Origin: Limnothrix sp. BL-A-16
GTDB lineage: Bacteria > Cyanobacteriota > Cyanobacteriia > CACIAM-69d
Assembly (NCBI GenBank): GCA_041937175.2
Contig: CP166615.1
Location: 960,001-1,024,000 of the forward strand
Reading direction: 5' to 3'
DNA: 64,000 nt
Position numbers and translations under genes: made by a program. The notes under the pieces were generated by a model. It was not told where the DNA came from. It saw nothing but the letters and a program-made list of their open reading frames with translations, and did not search any database. Shown here piece after piece: positions 21,717 through 31,637 of the stretch. How positions within the stretch are numbered: the first letter of the stretch is position 1; each line of letters starts with the position of its first letter.

Positions 21717-23522
21717 CTAGGCTGAAGCTTCGGCTTCCGGCTTTTTGGGTTTGTAGGTCGAAGCAACCTGCAATTCCTTCAGTTGCTTGGCTTCCACGGA
21801 CGATGGCGCATCGGTCAGCAAGCAGCGGGCCTGCTGGGTCTTGGGGAAGGCGATCGCGTCGCGGATCGAGTCTTCGCCGGTCAGGATCGAAACTAGGCGA
21901 TCGAGACCGTAGGCAATCCCCCCGTGGGGCGGCGTGCCGTATTCAAAGGCATCGAGCAGGAAGCCGAACTTGGCGCGGGCTTCTTCGTCGGTCAGGCCGA
22001 TCGCCGCGAATACTTGCTCCTGCACATCCCGTTGATAGATCCGCAGGCTGCCGCCGCCGATTTCCGTGCCGTTGAGCACGATGTCGTAGGCCAGGGCGCG
22101 GGCGGTTTTCAGATCCGCCAAATCTTCCGGGTTCGGCGCGGTGAAGGGATGGTGCAGGGCTTCCAATCGCTGTTCGTCGGCGTTGTACTCGAACATCGGG
22201 AAATCGACGACCCACAACAGATTGATCGCGTCGGGATCAATTTGGTTCAGCTCTTTGCCCAGGGCCAGGCGCAGGCGATCGAGGGTTTTGTTCACGATCT
22301 CCGCCGGCCCAGCGCCAAACAGCAGCAGGTCACCCGATTGGGCCCCGGTACGCTTCAGCAGTTCGGTGGTGATTTCTGGGGTCAGGCTGTCCTTGAGCGC
22401 TCCGATCGTGTCCACTTCGCCGTTGTCGCGGACGCGGATGAAGGCCAGACCCTTGGCTCCGGCTTCCGAGGCGATTGCGAACAGATCCCCACCGGGCTTG
22501 ATCCGCACGTTGGAAACGGCATCATTACCACCGGGTACGGGCAGGGTTTTGACGATCCCGCCCGCCGCGATCGAGCCGGAAAACACCTTGAACCCGCAAT
22601 CCTTAAACAGATCCGAGCAGTCCGCCAGCTCCATGCCAAAGCGGGTGTCGGGGCGATCGCTGCCGTAGCGATCCATGGCTGCGGCGTAGGTCAGACGCGG
22701 GAAGGGTCGCGGCAGGTCAATGCCCTTGACGGTTTTGAAGATGTGGCAAACCAGTTGCTCGTTCAAATTCAGGATTTCTTCCATGGACATGAAGCTCATT
22801 TCCATGTCGAGCTGGGTGAACTCGGGCTGGCGATCGGCCCGCAAGTCCTCATCGCGGAAGCAGCGGGCGATTTGGTAGTAGCGATCGAACCCGGACACCA
22901 TCAGCAATTGCTTAAACAACTGGGGCGACTGGGGCAGGGCAAACCACTCGCCCGGATTCACCCGCGAAGGAACCAGGTAATCACGCGCCCCTTCCGGTGT
23001 GGATTTGGTGAGGACGGGCGTTTCGATTTCCATGAAGCCCTGGGCATCTTCCAGGAACCGGCGCATGGCCTTCACCACCGCATGGCGTAGTTGCAGGTTT
23101 TGCTGCATCCGGGGGCGACGCAAATCCAAATAGCGATATTTCAGCCGCAGCTCTTCGCGGACGGTTTCGTTTTCGGAGGTGGAAACCTGGAACGGCAGTT
23201 GCTTGCTGACGGCGCTGAGGATTTCGATTTGATCCGCCAACACTTCCACTTCCCCGGTGGCCAGCTTGGGGTTCACGGATTCGGGCGGCCGCTGGGTGAC
23301 CGTGCCCGTAATCCGCACCACATATTCATTGCGGAGGGAATCGGCAATTTGAAACGATTCGGGCAAGTCCGGGTTCGAGGCCACCTGAACGATCCCCGAG
23401 CGATCGCGCAAGTCCACAAACACGACTCCCCCGTGGTCGCGGCGGCGATCGACCCAACCGCAAAGGGTGACGGTTTTACCAACCTGTTCGGCGCGCAGTT
23501 GACCGCAATAGTGGGTACGCAT
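21717..23522 (-). CDS. aspS: Aspartate-tRNA ligase
   Basis: [70 protein letters not shown]. Confidence 0.98.
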   Translation of the reverse strand: MRTHYCGQLRAEQVGKTVTLCGWVDRRRDHGGVVFVDLRDRSGIVQVASNPDLPESFQIADSLRNEYVVRITGTVTQRPPESVNPKLATGEVEVLADQIEILSAVSKQLPFQVSTSENETVREELRLKYRYLDLRRPRMQQNLQLRHAVVKAMRRFLEDAQGFMEIETPVLTKSTPEGARDYLVPSRVNPGEWFALPQSPQLFKQLLMVSGFDRYYQIARCFRDEDLRADRQPEFTQLDMEMSFMSMEEILNLNEQLVCHIFKTVKGIDLPRPFPRLTYAAAMDRYGSDRPDTRFGMELADCSDLFKDCGFKVFSGSIAAGGIVKTLPVPGGNDAVSNVRIKPGGDLFAIASEAGAKGLAFIRVRDNGEVDTIGALKDSLTPEITTELLKRTGAQSGDLLLFGAGPAEIVNKTLDRLRLALGKELNQIDPDAINLLWVVDFPMFEYNADEQRLEALHHPFTAPNPEDLADLKTARALAYDIVLNGTEIGGGSLRIYQRDVQEQVFAAIGLTDEEARAKFGFLLDAFEYGTPPHGGIAYGLDRLVSILTGEDSIRDAIAFPKTQQARCLLTDAPSSVEAKQLKELQVASTYKPKKPEAEASA

Positions 23523-23604
23523 GGTGACTCAAAATGGGACTGGAACTTAACTGGACGAAATCGGAACTGACGCGGTTGCTGCGAAGGGGCTGTTACTTCG
23601 TAGA

Positions 23605-23844
23605 CAAGGGGCTTAAGCCCCTTGCTCCCGACGATTTCGCACGGGCGGATCAGGGTTACAGATGATCGATTGCCCCTTGCTCCCGACGATTTCGCACGGG
23701 CGGATCAGGGTTACAGATGATCGATTGCCCCTTGCTCCCGACGATTTCGCGTGGGCGGATCAGGGTTACAGATGATCGATCGCCCCTTGCTCCCCACGAT
23801 TTCGCGTTGGCCAATCGAGGTTTCAGGCAATTAACGGCCCCTTG
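23605..23844. repeat. REP-like 20-bp palindrome followed by a 55-bp tandem array (3 near-identical units, 1 diverged, start of a fifth)
   Basis: CAAGGGGCTTAAGCCCCTTG at 23605-24. Unit gccccttgctcccgacgatttcgcacgggcggatcagggttacagatgatcgatt starts at 23617, 23672, 23727, 23782; gccccttg recurs at 23837. Confidence 0.9.
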
Positions 23845-24085
23845 CCCCAAGCCTCTCGTAACGGTTGCGTCAGTCCGCAAAAATCTTGACGAAACGCAAA
23901 TGCGCTGGGGTGCAAGTCCAATATCCTACCCCGATCGCGCGGCTTGGCCCGCTGAGAAATGCCGCGATTTTCCGACAACCGGCAAGGCCAGAACCGAGCC
24001 TGAGCGCCCAGCTCGATTGTAAAGGATTGTTGCGATCGCCCCGTTCCACTGGCGGGCATTCACGTTTAGCTTGCGATTCAGCCAG

Positions 24086-25597
24086 TTAAGCCAGTCGATC
24101 GAGCAGGTGATCGCCCACACGCAGCGCATTCGCAATAATCGTCAGGGCGGGGCTAACACTGGCATTGGAGGGGAAAAAGCTGCCATCCACCACATACAAA
24201 TTATCCACATCGTGGGCGCGGCAGTGGCGATCGAGCACCGAAGTCGCTGGATCGTCCCCGAACCGACAAGTCCCGCATTGATTGGCCATCACCTGCACCG
24301 GAATTTCACCTCGGGGATGCATCGTTCCCACCGGAAAACCATCAAGTTGTCTTTCTAGGGATTTCAACACATTCATCCAGCGGTGAGCGAGGCGATCGTG
24401 CGCTTCGGTATTGTTGGGTTGATAGTCAATACAAAGCTTGTGTTGATCCCAGTAGACTCGGTTATCGGGATTGGGTAAATCTTCCGTTTGAATCCACCAG
24501 CCGATCGAGCGAGTTGCCAGTTGTTGCAACCCAAATCCCGGCATGAATTTCGCCAGCACCGAAAACATCGGCGGCGCTTCCGCAAAAATCACATCGGTTA
24601 GCAAACCACCCGTATTGTAAATATGCCCCATGGGGTAGGGAAAATCCGCATCACCCCAATAGAAATCATTCACACAAACGGTTTTTTGAAATGCACCTGA
24701 ATTAGCTTTGCTGCTGACCTGCACGATCGCGGTCATCAGGTTTTTCATGAGGTTGCGGCCGACCAAACTGGAGCTATTGGCTAGTCCTTGCGGGTGACAA
24801 TCATTAGCCGATCGCAACAACAAAGCCGCCGAATTCACTGCCCCGCAGGCCAGCACTACCAAATCTCCCAAAAAGAGGTAGGGTTTGCCGTTAATCTCGG
24901 CTTCGACGGCGCGAACCACTCGCCCCGAAGAATTGGTATGCAACCCCACCACTTTTGCCTTGGTTTTGAGGGTGACATTGGGGTATTCCACCGCTGGCAA
25001 AACACCGCTCACTTCGGAATCATTGGTGGGGTCATCCTCCTGGCGAGTTAACCCCAAGGGCAAGGCGGAGGGGTGCAATCCTTGCTGGGCGATCGCCTCG
25101 GAAATAGCGGCAATTTGCGGATCCGATTCGATCGCTGGAAAAGGATAGTCGCCACTCCGAAATGGCTCGGTTGGGTCTTGGTCAGCCTGACCATGTACTT
25201 TATAAAGCGCTTCGGCAGCAGTGTAATAAGGCTCGAATTCTTCATAGCCCACAGACCAAGCCGGTGAAACTCCCTCACGATGGGTGACGGCCGCAAAATC
25301 CTGTTCTCGCCGCCGCATCAGCACGGCTCCATAGATTTTGGTGTTGCCCCCGATCGCGTAGTTCATTTGGGGTGAAAAGGGTTCGCCCGTGTTGTCGTAC
25401 CATTGCTCCGGCGCGTGATATCGCTCACGTTTAAAAACATCCACATTGCTGCGGTTTTGTTCTTCGAGGGGCATAAAATCCCCCCGTTCCAAGATCAAAA
25501 TACGCTTACCAGTGGGGGCTAATTTATAAGCCAGCGTCCCGCCGCCTGCACCAGTACCAATAATAATCACGTCGTAATGGCAATCATCAATAATCAT
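24086..25597 (-). CDS. GMC family FAD oxidoreductase with atypical active-site residues
   Basis: YDVIIIGTGAGGG Rossmann motif, GGNTKIYG, LACGAVNSAALLL, GTCRFG, DNLYVVDGSFFP. ATG at 25597. Confidence 0.9.
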   Translation of the reverse strand: MIIDDCHYDVIIIGTGAGGGTLAYKLAPTGKRILILERGDFMPLEEQNRSNVDVFKRERYHAPEQWYDNTGEPFSPQMNYAIGGNTKIYGAVLMRRREQDFAAVTHREGVSPAWSVGYEEFEPYYTAAEALYKVHGQADQDPTEPFRSGDYPFPAIESDPQIAAISEAIAQQGLHPSALPLGLTRQEDDPTNDSEVSGVLPAVEYPNVTLKTKAKVVGLHTNSSGRVVRAVEAEINGKPYLFLGDLVVLACGAVNSAALLLRSANDCHPQGLANSSSLVGRNLMKNLMTAIVQVSSKANSGAFQKTVCVNDFYWGDADFPYPMGHIYNTGGLLTDVIFAEAPPMFSVLAKFMPGFGLQQLATRSIGWWIQTEDLPNPDNRVYWDQHKLCIDYQPNNTEAHDRLAHRWMNVLKSLERQLDGFPVGTMHPRGEIPVQVMANQCGTCRFGDDPATSVLDRHCRAHDVDNLYVVDGSFFPSNASVSPALTIIANALRVGDHLLDRLA

Positions 25598-25729
25598 ACT
25601 TAGATCGTCCTGACTACTCAACGATTGAAACTATTGCTTGCTGATTCACTGACATTGCGAGGGGCTTGGTAGGCGAGAGATCGCCTTATTCCAAATCGCC
25701 TATCACCCTCATCCTGATCGGTGTTTTGG

Positions 25730-26365
25730 TTACTGCCAGATGTAAATCAACAGGAACAAAATAATCCAAATCACATCCACAAAGTGCCAAAACAACGAGG
25801 TCGAAGCCACACCAAATTCGCCGCGATCGTAGTTACCCGGAATGAACGATCGCACCAGCATAATCAGTTGCAGCAGCACACCGGCAAAAACGTGCAGACC
25901 ATGAAACCCCGTGAGCAAATAAAACGTGCCACCAAATACGCCATCGGTGAACCCAAAAGCTAAGTGGCTCCACTCGATCGCCTGGCCATACAAGAAATAG
26001 CTACCCATGGCGATCGTCAGCAGCCAGAATGCCCGAAAGCCCCAAAGCTGCTTGACATGTAAATAGCGCTCAGCCAGATAAATCGTGAGGCTGCTGGACA
26101 CCAAAATGACCGTATTGATGGCCGGCTCCCGCACCTCCAATCCCAAAACACCTTCCGGCAACCAAGTTTGGGCCGTGGTTTTGTAGACAATGTAGCCCGC
26201 AAAGAAGCTGAAGAAAATGACACTTTCGGACAGCAAAAAAACCACGAAACCAAACATTTGATCGCCAGGGGATCCATGCCCATGGGCCGCATGGTGTGCG
26301 TCGTCATGGGCTTCGGCAATCCCCAGCAATGCATCATCTCGCAAGTCCGTTTCAGTTGGGTTCAT
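25730..26365 (-). CDS. ctaE: Heme-copper oxidase subunit III (ARTO type)
   Basis: FLLSE, INTVILVSSS, FYLLTGFHGLHV, FWHFVDVIW; overlaps the ctaD stop. Confidence 0.93.
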   Translation of the reverse strand: MNPTETDLRDDALLGIAEAHDDAHHAAHGHGSPGDQMFGFVVFLLSESVIFFSFFAGYIVYKTTAQTWLPEGVLGLEVREPAINTVILVSSSLTIYLAERYLHVKQLWGFRAFWLLTIAMGSYFLYGQAIEWSHLAFGFTDGVFGGTFYLLTGFHGLHVFAGVLLQLIMLVRSFIPGNYDRGEFGVASTSLFWHFVDVIWIILFLLIYIWQ

Positions 26366-28034
26366 GGGCCACCTCTAGTTCGTCGGGATTAGACACCAAG
26401 GGATCAGATTTGCCATAGCCATAAGGCTCAGAAACCACGATCGGGAGTTCCTCAAAGTTCTCAACCGTTGGCGGGGAAGATAACAACCATTCCAGCCCGA
26501 TCGCCCGCCAAGGGTTTTTGGGCGCTTTTTCACCCTGTACCCAAGAACCAATCATGTTCAAAATGAAAGGCAGGGTAGACATGCCCAACAGAAAGGCTCC
26601 CAGGCTCGCGACCACGTTCCAGAAGGTAAATTCAGGATCATAAGATGCGACTCGGCGCGGCATTCCTTGCAACCCCAAAGGATGCATCGGGAAAAAGTTC
26701 AAATTAGTGCCAATAAAGGTGAGGGCAAAGTGCAATTTCCCTAGCCCTTCGGAATACATGCGCCCGGTCATTTTGGGGAACCAGTGATAGATCGCTGCAT
26801 AAATTCCCATCACCACCGCGCCGTAAATCACATAGTGAAAATGTCCCACCACGAAATAGGTGTTGTTCACATGGATATCAACCGGAACTGCCGCCAACAT
26901 AATTCCGGTGATCCCTGAAAACACAAACATCACCAGTCCACCCAGGGCAAACAGCATGGCTGTGTTGAGGCGCAACTTGCCGCCCCAAATGGTGGCAACC
27001 CAGGCAAAAACTTTAATTCCCGTGGGCACTGAGATCAGCATGGTTGTGGCCATAAAAATCATCCGCATCCAGCCCGGTGTGCCACTGGCAAACATGTGAT
27101 GCACCCAAACGATGGCACTCAAACCGGTAATGATTAGGGATGAAATGGCAACTACTTTGTAGCCAAAAAGTGGCTTACGGGCATAGACCGGCAAGATTTC
27201 TGAAAAGATGCCAAAAATCGGCAAGATAATGACATAAACAGCCGGGTGAGAATAGAACCAGAAAAAGTGCTGAAACAGCACCGGATCGCCACCTTTGGCT
27301 GGGTCAAAAAACGTCGTACCCACGGTCAGATCCAGCAACAGCATCACCGCGCCAGCCGTCAAAGCAGGCAGACCAAACAGTTGAATAATCTGGGCCGCCA
27401 ACACTGTCCACACAAAAACCGGCATCCGAAACCAAGTCATTCCAGGAGCACGCATTCGGGCGATCGTGGTGACAAAATTCACCGCACCCATAATCGATGC
27501 AACGCCAGAAATCGCCACTGCCAACAGCCACAACACCTGACCATTGATCAGGTTGCCCGTGGGGTTTTGGAGGCTCACGGGTGGATAGGCCCACCAACCG
27601 GCTTGAGCCGGGCCGCCCGGCACCAAAAAACTCGCCATCAGAATTGCGCCAAAGATTGGCACCATCCAAAAGGCGACTGCATTCAGCCGAGGAAATGCCA
27701 TATCCCTTGCGCCAATCATCAGGGGCACGAGATAGTTTCCTAGGCCCAACAAACAGGGAAAAGTCCACAAAAACAACATCACCGTGCCATGCATGGTGAA
27801 CATGGCGTTATATACGGTGCGATCGACCAAATCTGCTTCCGGGGTGATCAATTCGCCCCGAATAATCATGGCAAAAATGCCCCCCACCAAAAAGAAAAAG
27901 AAAGACGTTACTAGGTACTGAATCCCAATGACTTTGTGATCGGTGCTGAAGCTAAAAAAGCGCTTCCAGTCATTGGGTGCGCCGGGCATGGGTGGCTGAG
28001 AAGCGGCGATCGATTCGGTAACAAGATTGGTCAT
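26352..28034 (-). CDS. ctaD: Heme-copper oxidase subunit I (A2 type, ARTO)
   Basis: TDHKVIG, MHGTVM, FWFYSHPAVY (YS motif), WVHHM, VGHFHYV, GMPRR. Confidence 0.96.
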   Translation of the reverse strand: MTNLVTESIAASQPPMPGAPNDWKRFFSFSTDHKVIGIQYLVTSFFFFLVGGIFAMIIRGELITPEADLVDRTVYNAMFTMHGTVMLFLWTFPCLLGLGNYLVPLMIGARDMAFPRLNAVAFWMVPIFGAILMASFLVPGGPAQAGWWAYPPVSLQNPTGNLINGQVLWLLAVAISGVASIMGAVNFVTTIARMRAPGMTWFRMPVFVWTVLAAQIIQLFGLPALTAGAVMLLLDLTVGTTFFDPAKGGDPVLFQHFFWFYSHPAVYVIILPIFGIFSEILPVYARKPLFGYKVVAISSLIITGLSAIVWVHHMFASGTPGWMRMIFMATTMLISVPTGIKVFAWVATIWGGKLRLNTAMLFALGGLVMFVFSGITGIMLAAVPVDIHVNNTYFVVGHFHYVIYGAVVMGIYAAIYHWFPKMTGRMYSEGLGKLHFALTFIGTNLNFFPMHPLGLQGMPRRVASYDPEFTFWNVVASLGAFLLGMSTLPFILNMIGSWVQGEKAPKNPWRAIGLEWLLSSPPTVENFEELPIVVSEPYGYGKSDPLVSNPDELEVAHEPN

Positions 28035-28148
28035 AAATCGGTTGGAGGAGATTGTTCTGGAATGCTGAGATCAGCGCCGAAAGTTCAGCAATTGTTTTCG
28101 ACTAAGACTGAACCAAACTAGACTGGGTTGATCGAAAACAGCTAATTG

Positions 28149-29102
28149 CTAACTGGTTCCTTTGCCGGGATAGTTCACCAAAGGTGGCGGCGCTGGTTGA
28201 ACTGTTTGCCAGCCAATCCGTCCGCCGGGGGAACGCTGGAATTCATCAAAGGCTTGGTTATAGGCGGCGGTGGGCTTCTGGTTCGCCGCATCCGTCAGCC
28301 ATTGCTGATAGGAATCGGATGATTCAACCACCACATCGGCTTGCATGGCCGCGAAGTAAGTGCCGCTGTACTGGGAGTCACGCAGGCGATATCGGCCTTC
28401 GCGAATGGGCGTAAATTTCAGGGTAATCGCACGCCCTGGAATGATATCTTGTTTCACGCGAAAGGCTGGAATATAAAACCCATGGATGACATCTTCAGAA
28501 GTTAGTTGAAGACTGATCCGTTGATCGGCTGGCAGATGTAATTCAGCCGTGGTGACTTGTCGATCAGGGTAATAGAATTCCCAAGCCCATTGTCGAGACT
28601 TCACGGCAATCACGACCTCTGGTTTTACGATCGCATTGCTATCTTTTGATTCAGCAACAGTCGGGGCGATCGCTGGAGCCTCTGATGCCATATTATGTGC
28701 CATTGAATTATGTGCCATCGATTCATGCACATGCTCCATTGGCCCCAGGATAGAAATGCGATCGTAAATGTGGTAGCTGTAGGCGGCAATTCCAACGACG
28801 AGGATGAAAGGAATCGCTGTCCAAACCACTTCTAAGGTGACGTTTCCTTCAATGTGTGGGCCGTCGCTGGTGTCGTATTTACCGGCTTGTTGAAACAGCA
28901 CCACATATCCGATCGTCCCGACTACCCCTAGGAAAATAAACGTCCCGATCGCCACTAAAAAGCTAAAGAGCCGATCGATCAGTTGGGATTCTGCTGAGGC
29001 TTGGGGAGGAAACCAGGTATAGGACTGCTCCCCCATCCACCAACTGATGAGGGCCAGTGCGATCGCTAGGGTTCCTAAGGTGAAAATGGTGCGAATCTTC
29101 AT
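28149..29102 (-). CDS. ctaC: Heme-copper oxidase subunit II lacking the CuA site (ARTO type)
   Basis: LEVVWTAIP, QWAWEFYYP, DVIHGF; the CuA motif CxxxCGxxHxxM is replaced by DSQYSGTYFAAM. Confidence 0.92.
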   Translation of the reverse strand: MKIRTIFTLGTLAIALALISWWMGEQSYTWFPPQASAESQLIDRLFSFLVAIGTFIFLGVVGTIGYVVLFQQAGKYDTSDGPHIEGNVTLEVVWTAIPFILVVGIAAYSYHIYDRISILGPMEHVHESMAHNSMAHNMASEAPAIAPTVAESKDSNAIVKPEVVIAVKSRQWAWEFYYPDRQVTTAELHLPADQRISLQLTSEDVIHGFYIPAFRVKQDIIPGRAITLKFTPIREGRYRLRDSQYSGTYFAAMQADVVVESSDSYQQWLTDAANQKPTAAYNQAFDEFQRSPGGRIGWQTVQPAPPPLVNYPGKGTS

Positions 29103-29716
29103 GGATTGAAGGATTTCAAAACGAGGTTGGGATTTTCACCCAAATCCAATAGGCGATCGGCGGTGATATGCACACCAAATTCAGCGGCCAACTGTGCTCC
29201 CAAGGTTCCATGGACAAACATCAAACCAAAGATGATCAGCCCCACAAAAAGATAGCTCCATTGCACTTGGCGCGATCGGTCTTTCAGCCAAACAAATCGC
29301 TGAAATCCTCGCCAAACGGTCATGCCTACAATTAATAACAACAGGGCAACACCACCCACACCATGCCACAACATGGTTTCCATGGCCTGCAAGCCCCAGG
29401 CACTTTTCACATCTGCCGGTGGCCGAGCCAATAACATTTCATAAAAGCCCGCAGCCACCGTCAAAAAGGTGACGATCGCCCCGGCCAACATGTTGTACCA
29501 ACCCACATCGAAGAAATTGGAGCGCGTGGCAGGAATGGCCAAAAACTTAAAAACCGGCTTTTCTAGGGGAAACAAAACGCCAACAATATCAAAGGCGATC
29601 GCGACAATAAACAGGCCCAACGTCAAATGCACCAAGTTGGGATGAATCGGAATGGTATAGGGTAATCCATTGATCCCCAACTGGTTTTGTAATTGCTCAA
29701 TCAAATCATTGTTCAT
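29099..29716 (-). CDS. DUF2231 family membrane protein
   Basis: IHPNLVH motif, ~4 TM helices with His residues; ATGA overlap with ctaC. Confidence 0.82.
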   Translation of the reverse strand: MNNDLIEQLQNQLGINGLPYTIPIHPNLVHLTLGLFIVAIAFDIVGVLFPLEKPVFKFLAIPATRSNFFDVGWYNMLAGAIVTFLTVAAGFYEMLLARPPADVKSAWGLQAMETMLWHGVGGVALLLLIVGMTVWRGFQRFVWLKDRSRQVQWSYLFVGLIIFGLMFVHGTLGAQLAAEFGVHITADRLLDLGENPNLVLKSFNP

Positions 29717-30213
29717 TACAACAGTCCCTCCCGCACTGCCTCAACCACGGGCACCGTATGGAGTCCATAGACCCACACTAAAACATCACCGAGATAAATC
29801 TGGAAACACACGATTACGGTCATCAAAACTCCCACCCCTAAAAAGGCGTTGGGCAATGTTTTTGGATCGCGCGATCGCAACACATAGCGCCAAGCTGTCA
29901 TTGCTGCGATAATTCCCGACAAAGACCAACCCAGAAGCGTGTGCAGATTCAAAGTGGCTTCGGCGGCGTTGTAGGGTTCAGCCAATCCTGCTTCGATTTG
30001 ACCAAAAATAATGGCAACGAAGATAGAAATGGTTGCAAAAAACAAATTCCACCAGCTCACTTCATAGAGTCGTGAATTGCGAGTGAAGTAGGCAATGCCA
30101 TCGCATAAAACCGAAAACAACACCATCGCAATGACAAAATGCACCACAATTGGGTGCATCGTGTCTGGATAAGGCAAATTATGATCGTTGAGCGGGGGGA
30201 GATACTCCAGCAT
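29716..30213 (-). CDS. DUF2231 family membrane protein
   Basis: MHPIVVHF motif, ~4 TM helices; its stop overlaps the next start (TAATG). Confidence 0.82.
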   Translation of the reverse strand: MLEYLPPLNDHNLPYPDTMHPIVVHFVIAMVLFSVLCDGIAYFTRNSRLYEVSWWNLFFATISIFVAIIFGQIEAGLAEPYNAAEATLNLHTLLGWSLSGIIAAMTAWRYVLRSRDPKTLPNAFLGVGVLMTVIVCFQIYLGDVLVWVYGLHTVPVVEAVREGLL

Positions 30214-30941
30214 ATTGGTCAAAAGTCTGTCGATTGATTGAATATACCTATCTATCGGTCAATAATTATCATAAATTTTGCGAATTGTCCGTCATTTAAT
30301 GATGGTCGCCAATGACAGTTATATTTCATGAATGGGCAACCGTTTACGAGCCACTTTTTCAAAGCCCTATTGCTTGACAAATTTCATTGCTTGACAAAAC
30401 ACAATCCATCAGTCTGACAGCCAGTGATTATGAGTTCATCAAAAACTAGCCGCCAAACGTGGACAAAAAAATTCAACGTGGAAAGATATTTTGTAAGCTA
30501 GGCTACTGTCTAATTGAAATGGATGTTTGCTATCTCGCCTACTAGTTTAGTGGAGACATAGGAAATGTCAGTAAGTTGTACCGGTTTTTTTAAGATTTTT
30601 ATCAAGATTATTACCAATTATTTCAGATTTTTTGGAAAACCTTTTGAAAGTCAAAATGCAGTCCGCTCACTTTTTATAAATCTTTTTTCTATCAATCTGT
30701 GCAATCAAGTCTCAATATCAGAGTCATTGAACAGTGATTCAATAGTGTCATCATACTGGAGATCAAGGTTTTTGTATGTTGAACAACATTTTGATCAATT
30801 TAAAATTAATTATTTAGTTCAAGTTGGAACTGATTTTTAAGTCTTCTTAACTTAAATTTTGCTTGGCCCAAGATGCTGGCTTAATCATTCACTAGTCTCT
30901 CAAAGCTTCCAATTTTGAAACTAACTGCCAGAAGGAGGATC

Positions 30942-31541
30942 TTAAAATTCTTGATCTTCGATTGGTTTCGGGGGAATCTGGTCAAAAATCACATCTTCAT
31001 AAAGGCGATCGAACCCGGCTCGGTAATTTACGGTTTCCAAGACCAATTCCGCATCGATGCCTTCATCACTTTCCAATACCCATTGGCCCGCTGCGGAGCG
31101 CCGAAAAATATCCACTTGGGGCTGTTGAGTAGAAATTAAAACGTATTCTCGCAAGCTGTCGAGGTGACGATAGGCGGCGAACTTGCGCCCCCGATCGAAC
31201 GCTTCCGTGGAATCCGATAACACTTCCACAATCAAACAGGGTGCGGATTTATAAAGTTGGCGCTCTCGATCGCCCGGGTCGCAAGTCACCATCACATCGG
31301 GATAAAAAAACTTCGCGCCCTGATTAATTTGCACCTTCATATCCGACATAAAGACACGGCAACCAGTTCCTCTCAGGTGCGATCGCAGTTCGCTTGCCAA
31401 ATTTAGCGCGATCGTCGTGTGCGCATCTGTGCCACCGGCCATGGCATAGGCTTGCCCATCGAGGTATTCATGCCGAATATCGCTTTGGGCTTCAAGAGCC
31501 AAATACTCTTCGGGGCTAAGGAATTGGGGAGCAGCAATCAT
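30942..31541 (-). CDS. Uma2 family (PD-(D/E)xK) endonuclease-like protein
   Basis: RHEYLDG..YAMAGG, FYPDVMVTC, PCLIVEVLSDSTEAFDRGRKF, SLREYVLI. Confidence 0.92.
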   Translation of the reverse strand: MIAAPQFLSPEEYLALEAQSDIRHEYLDGQAYAMAGGTDAHTTIALNLASELRSHLRGTGCRVFMSDMKVQINQGAKFFYPDVMVTCDPGDRERQLYKSAPCLIVEVLSDSTEAFDRGRKFAAYRHLDSLREYVLISTQQPQVDIFRRSAAGQWVLESDEGIDAELVLETVNYRAGFDRLYEDVIFDQIPPKPIEDQEF

Positions 31542-31637
31542 AATGGCGGGGCGATCGCGCAGTTTTTCCCAGCATATCGCAACTATCTGGGGAAGGTAAT
31601 TAAGATCAGTTGATGAACCACCATGGACAATTTTTAA

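Noticed and set aside
23617..23844. 55-bp periodic array as CRISPR
   Set aside because: The would-be spacers are identical between units; it is a tandem repeat.
30565..30840. 91-aa ORF in the AT-rich region upstream of the ARTO operon
   Set aside because: No motifs and composition typical of non-coding AT-rich DNA; cannot be supported.
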